Below the pieces are notes generated by a model that had not been told where the DNA came from, made no database searches, and was given only the letters and a program-made list of their open reading frames with translations. Below, piece after piece: positions 53,270 through 64,000 of a stretch of DNA of 64,000 nucleotides (its first letter is position 1; each line of letters opens with the position of its first letter). The DNA comes from Camelus ferus (taxonomy: Eukaryota): positions 84,384,001 through 84,448,000 of the forward strand of contig NC_045697.1 of NCBI RefSeq assembly GCF_009834535.1, given 5' to 3'. The translations under genes and the position numbers were made by a program.

Positions 53270-53895
53270 TCCATCCCTTTTCTCCATCCCACTTCTTGTC
53301 TTCAATACTTGAAGCCATGCATTCTCCATGTTGCAGGCAGAGTGAACTTTCCACAGTATAAGCCTGATGGAGTCACTTCCCTCTTATAACATTTTAGAGC
53401 CTCCCCAGTGTCCTCTAGATAGAGGACAATCTTCTCAGTAGGACATGTAGAGCCATTTACAATATGAACCCAACTTACTGCAAAAGCATCAGTGCCACAT
53501 TTCTTTAAATGTAGCATGTCCTCACTTTCCCAGTACTTTGCATGTGGCTTTTATTTATTCTCTTTGGCTTCTGGCTAACTCCTACTGTTTCCTTTGGATT
53601 TAATTTAGAAATTAGGTACTCCAGGAAACGTATATTCCCAGATCCTCTATAGGCTCCACCTCCTACCCAAGGCTCATTTAGGTATATCTCTTAAGAAATC
53701 TCATAGCACCTGCTCAACCATTGCACTGTATTGTAATCTATTTATTTGAAATTTATTTCCAAATCAGGACATGAGCCACTGGAGGGCAGACCTTGTGTCT
53801 TATTTGTGACCCTCTAGAATCTTGTGTTCATATTGGTATCCCTAGGAACATAATAGGGCTCAGTAATTATTTATTGAATGAATGAATGAACAAAT
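53270..53895 (+). mobile_element. LINE-2 fragment with 3' tail
   Basis: ggagggcagaccttgtgtcttattt...gggctcagtaattatttattgaatgaatgaatgaa. Confidence 0.75.
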
Positions 53896-54593
53896 AATGT
53901 TTCTGACGTCTTATTTACTGTTCTTGTGACTCATTAACACTTTTTATTGTTACTAAGACTTAAAAAAAAAAAAAAAACTCCAAATTTGGGCTTTCACAAC
54001 TGCCCTCTCTGCCTTGGAAAAACCCCAACAGTTGCATAGCTCAGCCTCTCACTTAATGTGGGTCTCTGTTCACATAGCACCTCAGAAGGATCTTCTCAGA
54101 CGTCGTAAGTTAATAGGACAAACAACCACCCCATTGCCAAAAACAGCTGTATTTTTCTTGATACACTTACTTACTTTGGACATTATGTTCTATATTTATT
54201 ATTTGTTTATTTTTTCCTGATGTCTGTAAACTCCATAAGGTTGAGTTTGTTTTTTACCACTGGGTCCCCAGTTCCCACAATACTGTCTGGCACAGATAGA
54301 CTGCTTAATGTCAAGTAAAGTATCAAATACCAGATTATAAAGCCCTTGAGAACAGCAAATGATGTGTGTTCCACATCATAACCTAATATGTTATAGTATG
54401 TAATTAATAAATATACATAGATGTATTTGCTGTAGTCACCTAAAAAAAGTAAGTTGCCTCTTGAGGCAGACAACACCTGTGGATATCCACTGAGGTGGGG
54501 AAATTAGAAATTGAGTATCTCAAACCTGTGAGAGAGAAGGCAGGAAGTTTCTCTGAATGGTATCTTTGTTCTACTAAGAATCATGTGAAGTTT

Positions 54594-55435
54594 TGTTGCC
54601 AAAACACAGCCTCTATACCCAGCTTTAGTGAATTGAGACTCGAGGACAGAGTTTTGGATGAAGTAGAAAAGGCAGCTTTATTTCTTTGCCAAGCAAAGGA
54701 GGTTACAGTGGGCTAATGCCTCTAAGACTGTGAGCCTACTGGGGAGAGAAGGCAGGGGGTTTTACAGTAAAAGTTCAAGAGCTCAAGGGGAAGAGCTAGT
54801 TTCCATAGAGATCATATACAGGTAACAAATTGTTGCGAAGTTGTTCTTATTTTTGCAGTGGTCCCCTTCCCTTTGCTGGGTAAGAAGTTCACCTCTGATT
54901 TGGGGGCTCTCTTAATATTCTTGTACCTAGAACAAAGGATGCATAGGAAGAAGTTCTGTGGAAAAGAGCTCTAGAGAAAAATTTGTGCAGTTTAAAGTCA
55001 GGTTGATAAATGCTTTCAACCTTTTAAGTAGGCTTGGGACATACTGCTGCAGTCCAAGGCCTGCAGCTCAAATAACAGAATACAAGGAAACCACAAGTGG
55101 TCAAAAACAACTGCAGACATGAGCAGTTGGGCAAGTTATGAACAACAAGATGCACAAAACCTCCAACTGCTGTTTCTGAGGTGTCAGGGTCAAGAGGAGG
55201 GCACTGGGGTCAGAAGCAAGGCACTAGGGAGAAGAGCAGGGCACTGAGTATGATCCCTGCAGGCAGCACCATGAGGGGGTTGGGTGGACCACCCAAGCCT
55301 CCCTCCTCTCTGGCCCAACCTTGGTCAGCAAGAGCATGAGGAAAACCTTGTAAACCATTATATAGTTCAACAGTTACAAACACCATTACAGATATCAGAT
55401 GGTCATCGATGACAACAGGGTCCTTCTTGGTTACA
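54594..55435 (-). mobile_element. ERV1-class solo LTR (~842 bp), apparently mosaic
   Basis: Minus strand starts TGTAACC and ends GGCAACA; near-TSD GTTT/GTTC; minus-strand AATAAA at ~54677-54682; degenerate TATA (TGTAAAA) at 54760-54766. Confidence 0.7.
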
Positions 55436-57121
55436 GTTCTGTCTTTACGTGTATGTGGGATAGGAAGGTTTCCCCTGTTCAAAGAGGAGATGACAGTTGA
55501 AACAAAAGGCTACTATTCCCTTGAGAAAAGAAAGGTCCCTGGGATGGACTTGGATTAATTTTCATAAGGAACTTGAAGCTTCTAAAAGAGAGGAACTAAA
55601 ACATGTATCTTTGTTACCTGTGATTTAGCATTAGGAAGTGTCTGGGGGCGGTGGGGATAGGGGACAGGCTGTCTGTCAAGCTGAATCAGGATGTCCCTGA
55701 TCTAGGTATAGAGGCAGGGAAGCACAATGACTCTTCTTGAGGAAAAATTATAGCAAAAAGGGCAGAGGTGAATTTATCCCAAAGCTCCAGAAGCTTCCAG
55801 GATCATTCATTACAGGGCCCCTCCAGAGTCTCTGAGTGGGTCCCTAGCAATGTGTCCACATGGTTGTAACTATTTAACTGCTAACTGATTAAGATAACTT
55901 CCTCTTTCCACCCCAACATTTCCTCCTCAGAATTCTTCAGTAATACCACTGGAGTGGCTGCAGACATTTTGGGGATCCAGCTAAGAGGAAGTTAAGTTAG
56001 GGATATTTTTAGTTTGGTTTAAGCGGGATCTCTTTATCTGGTTCAAACTCAGTTCTTTTTATTGTTAAGTTTTTGCTAGCTGCCCTGGTGTAGGAATGAC
56101 TTATATAAGAATATTCCTACCGCCCCCTCTTCAGAATCACCTAATCCCAGGACAAAGAGTGTCAGATGTCTTGTCGTGAGATGAATGTGCCTTATATCAC
56201 CTGTCACTAGAAGTATGTGGATAGTTAAGGAGAAAAAAATCTCTTTCTGGTTTCGGGAATCTGGAAAACTCTGATGAAACTTAGTTTAAAATGAAATTAT
56301 AAGATGTTTTAAAATTATTGGGCAGCAAAAAATTCTGGAAGATATAGAATGAGAATGTTACTTTACCAGTCTTTGCTAGAAAACGTATTAACTATTTGAT
56401 TCCTAAGATAAGCCAAAAGGAAAAGGACATAAAGTGTGATTTTTTTTAGTATGATTTTTAAGACCTTCACCTGGTACTCTACCATTCCCTGCCCTCTATC
56501 AAAATAAAATGTTTTAACAGTGTGTGACGACATTGCTAGGCTCTTGGGATACAAGTGCCCTGCATCTCAAGCCTCAGCATGCTAGCACACACATACTGAC
56601 ACGATGCTAGAGGCCCTGTAAGAATTTGCAGGAATATTCTGATAGGGTGATTCCAAGTAGAGATAAGTTTATTTTTTCCTGTAGGTGGGAAACTGAAGTA
56701 CCAGAAATTGAGGATGTGTTCTGGGAATGAATGTTCTGTATGTTCTATATGAACACTGATTAAGACTGCAAGAATGAAAGGTACAATAATAGGAAATACA
56801 AATTAGACAATGGTGGGCTTACATGGTTCTCTCCTCGTGGTCATTCCTATGTTTTGAAGAACACAGTCCTACATAACTCTAACAGTGCTTGAAAGCCATA
56901 AAACAAATGTTTAAAGATTAGGAGAGTCATTGGATATGATATGCTGGATGCCTTCTGTTTGTTCCTCCAGGTCCCACTCTGTGCCCTAGAAGGCTGACCT
57001 CTAAGGACTATATCAACAAGCTCCTATGCCCTCTGGCTATTGGTTGTCTTGGTTAATAGGGAGCATCAGCAAGAGATGGTGGGCCAGGAGAAAACTGAGC
57101 TCAGAATCTTTATTAACCTGA

Positions 57122-57716
57122 TACGATGAACTAAACATGGTTGCAAATTCTTTGCTATGTTCCCTGTCAAAAGGTGGAGTCTAATTCTCCTCTCCCCTTT
57201 AATCAGGACTGGCCTAAATGACTTGCTTGAATAATTGAATGCAGTGGAAGTGACATTTTGGGACTTTGGCAGCTAGGTCATCACAAGAGGCCTTGTAGTC
57301 CACTACCTAGGGCTCTTGGAGCACTCCTGGAGCTCTGAGCTGTCAACTACTCTGAGACTTCCTTGCTGGAGGGAGCCATGGAGACCCATGGAGAGAGAGA
57401 AATGCTAGCTATCCCCTGTTCCAGCCTTCCACGGCAGATATATGAGTGAAGACAGTATCTTGGAGGACACTGTGATCCCAGCAGATATAACATGGAGAAG
57501 AACCAAGGAACCCGGCCAACAGCAGTACTGAGGCCCCAGATATATGACCCCTGTCCTGCAGTCTCAGACATCTCCAGCTGTTCAAACCACCCCAGCAGAG
57601 GCTCCAGGCATTGTGAAGCAAAAATAATCCATCTCTGCTGTGCCCTGCCAGAATCTGTGACCCACAAAATTGTGAGCACAATATGTGATTACTGTTTCAC
57701 AGCAATAAATAAACAC
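57122..57716 (+). mobile_element. MLT1F/G-like MaLR LTR, flanked by older LTR16/LTR33-like pieces (~56940-57990)
   Basis: aaaggtggagtctaattctcct...gcagtggaagtgac...gctgtgccctgccagaatctgtgacccacaaaattgtgagc; homologous to 11028-11514. Confidence 0.7.
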
Positions 57717-58279
57717 CTGGTAACTTCCCAGCTGGGTCAGCCCTGGTCGGCTGTGTCCCTCTGCCAAAGTCTCTTCGAGACAGCCCTCTCCATACAACTA
57801 CTCTGCCTCACAGCCTAGGGGAGGTAATGGCTCCCTGCCATCACGAGCTGTACTATCCTTTGTTATTGGCTTCTCAAAATCTTGTCCACCTTTCAGAAAC
57901 AGTCCCTTATTTGAACTCTCCTGAACTACACAGTTTGAGAATGTCATCTGTTCCCTGTCAGGATCTTGGCTTATATACCAGACCTGATATACATGTCTCA
58001 AGATTTATTAAAGAGCAAGAGGGAAAGCTACAGGCTATATAAGTTCAAATCTTGTGCTTACAAAGCCACAGACAAATGAGCAAAACAGTACGTTCATATA
58101 CTTATCTCAGGTAATTAGTACGTCACCCTTAATGAAACACTTCAGAATGCTATTTAGAAGAGACGAGGTTTTAAAGACTATCCTTAAGGTTTTCTGGATT
58201 CAGTGAGTCTTACACATTTTTACCTTTGTTTGTAAGGAAAATGGTCGTTTTCTGGCACACTGCACTATTTTATTTTAAA

Positions 58280-58520
58280 AAAACATTTAGTCACACTTTC
58301 TATATTCCAGGCACTCTTCTAAGACCTTTACAAAAAAAATGCATTTAATTCTCCTAATAACCCCAGCCACGTGCCATTATTGTCACCGTCTTGCAGATGA
58401 AGACACTAGGGCGTGAAGACTGTATTACTGGAGCAAGGGCTCACAGCTAGTAAGCGACAGAGCTAGTACTTGAAGCCACACAGTTTGGCTAGAGGGTGTG
58501 CACCCTTTACCACTGTGTTA
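58280..58520 (-). mobile_element. MIR SINE
   Basis: ccaggcactcttctaag...catttaattctcctaataacccc...gcagatgaagacac...tcacagctagtaag. Confidence 0.75.
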
Positions 58521-58701
58521 TGCTGTGAAGTCTTGCCAGGAAAGATTTAGAAAACAGGACAAATGAGTCACCCTGGTCTGCTGTGTGATTAGGCTCAGTG
58601 AGTGCTGGTGCCACCTCTTCTCACAGGAGTCAGAGATGATGGTGAGTGAGGAAGGGAAAGAGGTTGGGAGCTCCTCAGAGGACAGATACCAGAGACGACA
58701 A

Positions 58702-58950
58702 GTGTCAAAGTTATCTGCTGCTGTGTACAAGTTACCTCAAAATGTAGTGGCTTAAAGCAACTACAATAAGTTTTTATCTCTCATGGTTTCTGGGGATCAG
58801 GAATTCAGAGGGTACAGCAGGGTCTCTAACCCACTATACCTGGAGTCTCAGTTGGAAGATGTGGAGGCTGGGGTTGGAAGCATCTGAAGGCTCATTCACT
58901 CCTACCTGGGCCTAGATGGGTCTGTAGTCTGGAATACCCTTCACAGCCTC
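58702..58950 (-). mobile_element. MLT1 fragment
   Basis: gttatctgctgctgtgtacaagttacctcaaaatgtagtggcttaaagcaac. Confidence 0.65.
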
Positions 58951-59648
58951 CCACCCTCTATCTGATCCAGGGGTGCTTAGAGGAAATGCTACTCACAAAA
59001 TGAAATGTGGTTTTATGTGTGGGAGTTACTAGTTTGGAGAACCTGGCTTGGGTGATTATTTAACTGTTTCAGTCAGAATTTCTGAAGAAAATAGAAGGTA
59101 AGTTCAAACTGAGTAAAAGGACTATCTTTAAAAGTGTGGGAGTGTTTAAAGAAACAAAAAAAATAAGGATTACGTAGAACTCGAGAACTAGCAACAGCAG
59201 AGAGCCATTTCAGTCTCTCCCCAACTGAAAGAAAGGAAGAAGTTACCAGAGCTCTGAGGGTAGTTATTTGTAGAGAGTGTGGCCGTTAGGGAGGGATGCA
59301 GATAACCAAGGATGACCCAGTGGAGTGGAGGAGGGTGAATTAACACTCTCATCTCATTGTCTGCCTGCCCACTTATCTTCTGCTTATCAAGCTACCTGAA
59401 TGCCACATGGCCAGATCGGCCCATACGAGTCAGCCTCCCAGGACTCCAGAATAGGGTGGTAGTGAGAATGGTAGAGCTTAAGTCTAGACAGGCAAACAGA
59501 AGATATCCATCACACCAAAATATTACTGAAGGTCAGGCTGAGGTGGGGGGCAGTGAGGAGGGTGTTTTGGAGGGTCACCAATTGTCCCACATAGAGATTT
59601 AGGTGAGTACCGCTGGAGTTTGGAATACCACCATTTACAGACTTCATG

Positions 59649-59735
59649 TTATGGTGTGTCATCTGAAATTACCATTTTTGAAGATTAAAAAAAAAAACTG
59701 GAAAAATTGGCAATTTCATATCATTCAACCTAATA
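59649..59735. mobile_element. MADE2-like mariner MITE
   Basis: Right TIR ggcaatttcatatcattcaacctaata pairs with degenerate left TIR ttatggtgtgtcatctgaaattacc. Confidence 0.65.
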
Positions 59736-60417
59736 GTCTGCACTTTCCAACAAAGTTGCTAATAGATAAACTGCTCATATTGGATGACTAAAAATGTTGC
59801 TTCTCATTGTTTTATTGTTGAGTATTTTCAGAGTTAGGATTGCCTAAAATACTTAAGTGGAATGGGTTACTGGACTACATTAAACTTTTTTTTTTTTTTT
59901 TTGGTTGTTCAGGGATGAATCAACATAAAAAAATCAGCAAAACTTTTAAAGCTGGCAAGTTTCTTGCTTCAGCACATGACAGCCTGAACCTGGGTGCCCA
60001 ACTGAAATAGTTCAACCTACCTAACATTCTGTCTTTCAAAAGTGGACAGACTTGAACCCAAGCAGAGAATTGTAAGAGGCAGCATGATGCTTAGGTTTCA
60101 GGGAGGACCAGCAGTAAATAGAGGACTCAGGATAGACGATGAGAAGTTTTAAATTTCATGTTCAAATCATGCTGTTGACTATACTGCCCTCTAACCACAT
60201 ATTATTTAGTAACCTACTGGATAAAGAAATGCTGGGGTTTTGATGTGGTTTCTCACTCTACCATACAACTAAGAAGATGTAAGTCAAATGCTAGTTAATA
60301 CGAATTTTAAAGGGAATGTCCACTGAGACTATATTTAAAAATATTGCTACTTTCCACTAAGCATAGTGGAAGAGCCCCTGAAGCAGATCTCTGTTGTCTA
60401 AGCAATTACTTGAGTAG

Positions 60418-60886
60418 CGTGGCAGACAGATAATGCGACCCCAAAGATATTCATGTCCTAATCCCCAAGAACTGTGAAAATGTTAACCTTACATGGTAAA
60501 AGGGACTTTACAGATGAGATTAAATTAAGCATTTTGAGATAAGGAGAGTATCTTGGATTATCCAGTTGGTTCCATTGTAATCACAAGGGTCCTTATAAGA
60601 GGAAAGCAGGAGAGTTAAAGTTGGGATAAGACCCTGTAACAACAGAGTAGAGATTGGAGCCATATGGCCACAAGTCAAGGAATACTAGCAGCATCGAAAA
60701 GCTGGAAGAGGCATGGATGGATTCTCTTCCAAAATGATATAGTCCTGCAGACAAATTGATTTTAGCCCCATAAGACTCAAATCAGATCTCTGACCTCTTG
60801 AAGTGTAAAAAAAATATTAAATTTGTGTTATTTTAAGCCACTAAATTTGTGATAATTTGTTACAGCAGCCACAGGAAACTAATAAA
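60418..60886 (+). mobile_element. MLT1C/D-type MaLR solo LTR with 5-bp TSD
   Basis: Homologous to 1970-2466 (ccaaagat..tc..tcctaatccc; aaagggacttt.cagatg; ttttaagccactaaattt); AGTAG at 60413-60417 and 60887-60891. Confidence 0.85.
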
Positions 60887-61959
60887 AGTAGTTTTCCTAG
60901 TTATGTGAATATAGTGGAGCATCTATGAGGACAGATTTCTTTTGACACTCACTCCTCATTGTTACTCCTTAAAAACCCAGATGAGAAATTTGCATAAAGA
61001 GCCTAGACATTTCAGAGAGATTGGGACCAAGACACACATCCAGAAATTTGGAGTTAGAGTGATCTGTCAGGATAGACTAGGGTGGTTCTGGCCCAGACAC
61101 TCTAACAGAGAAGGATAAGGGTTGCCTGGGAAAAAAATTTACTTAGGAAAGGAGGGGATCTTGGCTGATCCAGTCTTGACATAAGATCCCAACTGTTGTT
61201 GCAGGGAGAGCTAGCCTGGCACAGCTTGTGATTTATGCTACAAGGCCCTTAAGAACCAGCTTCCCAGATGTGGTCTTGTGTTTTTCAGAGACAATGGCTG
61301 AGCAAGGCACTGTGGACAAACAATGAGAACTCCACCCACCAGATACAACAATGTGGAAGACTAGGACATGGGGTCACACTTATCTGTGTTCCTATGGAAA
61401 CTATTTGAAGATTTGTTTTAGATGGATTTTTATTCACTTTTCAAACATGCTACTAAAGCATGCCCCTCAACTGCTGAGCAAGGGTTTGTAGCTTGTACAT
61501 TGGGTGATGGTGCCAGCAACTTAGGGTTGTGACCTGTTTAAAAAAAAATTGTGAAATTAAAATAAAAAAGTTGCATCTGTGGGGTGAAATTTAATACTTG
61601 GTTACCTTCTGGTAGCTTTTGTTTTGACTGACTGGATTAATTGGAACAAAATAAGAGATTTGCGTAACTTTTTTCACTCTTGGTTTGTGGAGCAAATCTT
61701 ACTAAATACATACGTTTGTGTTCTGTTAGAAAATTTTTAAAAGGTTTCTACCTTCCTCTTCATGTACTTTTGGGCATTTGAAATGGAACTATACCAATTT
61801 CTATATTCTTTCCTTTTACCCTTCGTTAAAACAAACAAAGAATCTAGCAATACTATAAAATAAAAGGATGCGTACTTATATGCTTCATCTCCTTTAAATG
61901 ATAACTTCTTTAATTAGGAGCCTCCGTCAACAGGCATTTTCCAAAAGTTGCTTAATTTT

Positions 61960-62090
61960 ACTGAGGGCCTACTTTATGTCAGACATTGCTTTATGATCTC
62001 ACATAGTTCACCTCATTTAAATCATCCCACAATTCAGTGAGGTAGATTTCTTTCTATTTTATAAATGAGGAAATAGATTCATAAGGCTCA
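61960..62090 (-). mobile_element. MIR SINE fragment
   Basis: tttactgagggcctactttatgtcagacattg...gtgaggtag...ttttataaatgaggaaa. Confidence 0.65.
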
Positions 62091-62271
62091 GGAATTTTTT
62101 TTCTAGGTGGTTCTAAGAGATGGGTCTCTAACCATATTATTGCTTTTATAAGCATCAATTACCATCACACTTAAAATCAAATGGCAAGAGAAGCATGAAT
62201 ATTAGTAGGATATTTGACTGCAACCAGTCTAGAAACATAATCAAGATTTAATATAAATATAAGATGTAATA

Positions 62272-62428
62272 TGAAAACAAATATATGTATGTGTATGCAT
62301 GACTGGGACTTTGCACTGTACACCAGAAATTGACACATTGTAACTGACTGTACTTAAATTTAAAAAATTGAATGTGGCATTTGGTAGGTTTTAATATAAA
62401 TCAATAGAAGTAGTGAAAGTTAAAAAAA
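62272..62428 (+). mobile_element. Very short L1 3' end with extra 3' sequence and 11-bp TSD
   Basis: ...TATATGTATGTGTATGCATGACTGGGAC...GTACACCAGAAATTGACACATTGTAACTGACT...AAAAAA resembles a camelid/cetartiodactyl L1 tail. AAGATGTAATA occurs at 62261-62271 and 62427-62437. Confidence 0.75.
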
Positions 62429-62954
62429 GATGTAATAGAACAACAGTTTGCATAGCCCTTGTTTTGTTCCAATTAACTCCTCACTCCAAATAAATCCTAT
62501 TATCAAATATAGCCCAGCATATCCTCCTTAAACTTTACCTCCTCCACCAAATTCCTGAACTATGTATGTGCCAATAATGTATGAAAGAGGAGCAAAAAGC
62601 ACCTAGCACTGTATCATGATGTTAGTGCTTGCTAAGGTTTGGTTGAATAAAAGTTAACAAAACATAATCTGAAATGCAAGTCTGATACCATTTCCAAAGT
62701 TACAGCCTGACTTAAAAAAATCAGCTACTGACTGAACAAGCTGGTATAGAACTCCTTTTTGCAAAAAGGATGAAAACACATCATGAATTTGAAACACAGA
62801 ATAGCAAAAAATCTCCTGACTGAAAAATTTTAAAGCTACAGAATAAAAATTATTTATATATGGAAGAGTGTTGTGCTCTCAAATTTTTAATTTGCTTTTG
62901 ATACTTGGAGGGCTATATTTTATACATGATCCCCAATCACCATTTGAAATAGAC

Positions 62955-63466
62955 ATTTCTGCTGCCTACCAGCAGTCATTTCTTCCTTTCTTCCAATAAT
63001 ACCCAGACTTTATTCAAGTATCTCCCCCTTCCCCACACATCCCATGGGCCTCAGGAGAACCTGACCTCATCACTCCAGGTGAGCTCTGGTGGATGACTCG
63101 GGTGTATCTAAAGCTAACCCCATCTCTAGAGCAAATGATGGGTGCAGGCGATGACATGTGACCCAACTGATGTGAAAAGAGGTTTTCAAGGGGCATCTGA
63201 GAAAGACTTATCAACACAATTCTCAGAGTAACACTCTCTCTCTAGACATGGTCATGATTCTTCTGCTATTATTTTGCTATTAACCTGAAAATGAAGCTTC
63301 TATTTAGAGAAGGTAAAAGAACTCTAGCAGGTGTCTGGATTGTGAACTTTTGGGCCTTTCCTCCTTCTCTTCTTCCAGCTAACTAGGCCAATACATATCT
63401 GCCTGTTTAAGCTAGTTTAAGTGCAGTTTTCTGTTATTTGTTGTTAAAAGTATTCTAACCTATGCA
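62955..63466 (+). mobile_element. Old MaLR LTR (MLT1J/K-like)
   Basis: 3' end tgtttaagctagtttaagtgcagttttctgttatttgttgttaaaagtattctaacctatgca. Confidence 0.55.
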
Positions 63467-63787
63467 ATATCAACATATAATTCTAGTGTTGTGACAATAA
63501 AACAAGTAAAATATATAGTTCTTGCTCATAGTGTGAAAATGGTAAGACTTATGCAAACCCAGAGTTCTATATTTAGGAGCCTGCCAAGCCAAATAAACAC
63601 CTGCTAAAGACTACAATAGTTTAAAAACTTGCCAATTCAAATATATCTGTTCATCTGAAGTTATCAAGTTTCAGTTCCCTAACATTGTACATTGTGTGTT
63701 TTGTGAAATTACATGTTTCCTGTGATAGCAAGAAGCCCAAGAAATAGTCTACCTGGCAAAGGAAAATGAAAAGTGAAGATGGGTATA

Positions 63788-64000
63788 TCAGACAATACTA
63801 CAGAGCTACAGTAATCAAAACAGTGTGGTACTGGCATAAAAACAGACATATGGATCAATGGAACAGAATAGAGAGCCCAGAAATAAATCCACAAACCTAT
63901 GTTCAATTAATCTTTAACAAAGGAGGCAAGAATATACAATGGAGAAAAGACAGTCTCTTCAGCAAGTGGTGTTGGGAAAACTGGATAGCTGCATGTAAAT
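63788..64000 (+). mobile_element. Young 5'-truncated LINE-1, ORF2 segment running off the window end
   Basis: Frame from 63790 reads [70 protein letters not shown] without stops; classic L1 ORF2p sequence. Confidence 0.95.

Noticed and set aside
53776..53790. CTCF-like GCCACTGGAGGGCAG
   Set aside because: Coincides with the standard L2 3' motif (gagggcag) and has a core mismatch.
53980..53989. CArG box CCAAATTTGG (also CCAAAAAAGG at 38321)
   Set aside because: A rough estimate gives several CC(A/T)6GG matches by chance in 64 kb of AT-rich DNA; no pairing or promoter context.
55762..56260. Possible hAT-Tip100-type DNA transposon remnant
   Set aside because: Only the first ~60 bp look familiar; family and extent cannot be supported without a library search.

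Overview
Mammalian genomic DNA, most likely a camelid (alpaca/llama/camel), judged from a vic-1-type tRNA-Ala-derived SINE and cetartiodactyl-type L1 tails. The window holds the 5' end of PDE5A (cGMP-specific phosphodiesterase 5A) on the minus strand. A CpG island (~43.8-46.2 kb) carries the PDE5A1 first exon (CDS 45487-45366), a candidate PDE5A3-type first exon (donor at 44802) and the PDE5A2 first exon (CDS 43942-43917, MLPFGDKTR). These are followed by common exon 2 (29773-29185, 589 nt, with the RKIS Ser92 phosphosite and start of GAF-A) and exon 3 (19473-19384, 90 nt). Exon 4 was not found and probably lies beyond position 1. The rest is intron and ~18 kb of upstream sequence filled with L1, L2, MIR, MaLR/ERV LTRs, hAT MITEs and mariner relics. 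I see no convincing wholly new biological system. The best leads are an alternative reading frame of exon 2 fed by out-of-frame ATGs in two first exons (90 aa and 77 aa spliced ORFs), a probable L1 3' transduction, ERV1 solo LTRs upstream of the promoter, an ISRE+TATA cassette antisense in intron 3, and three MARNA-like mariner relics. Repeat family names come from recalled consensus sequences, and their boundaries are approximate unless a TSD is given.
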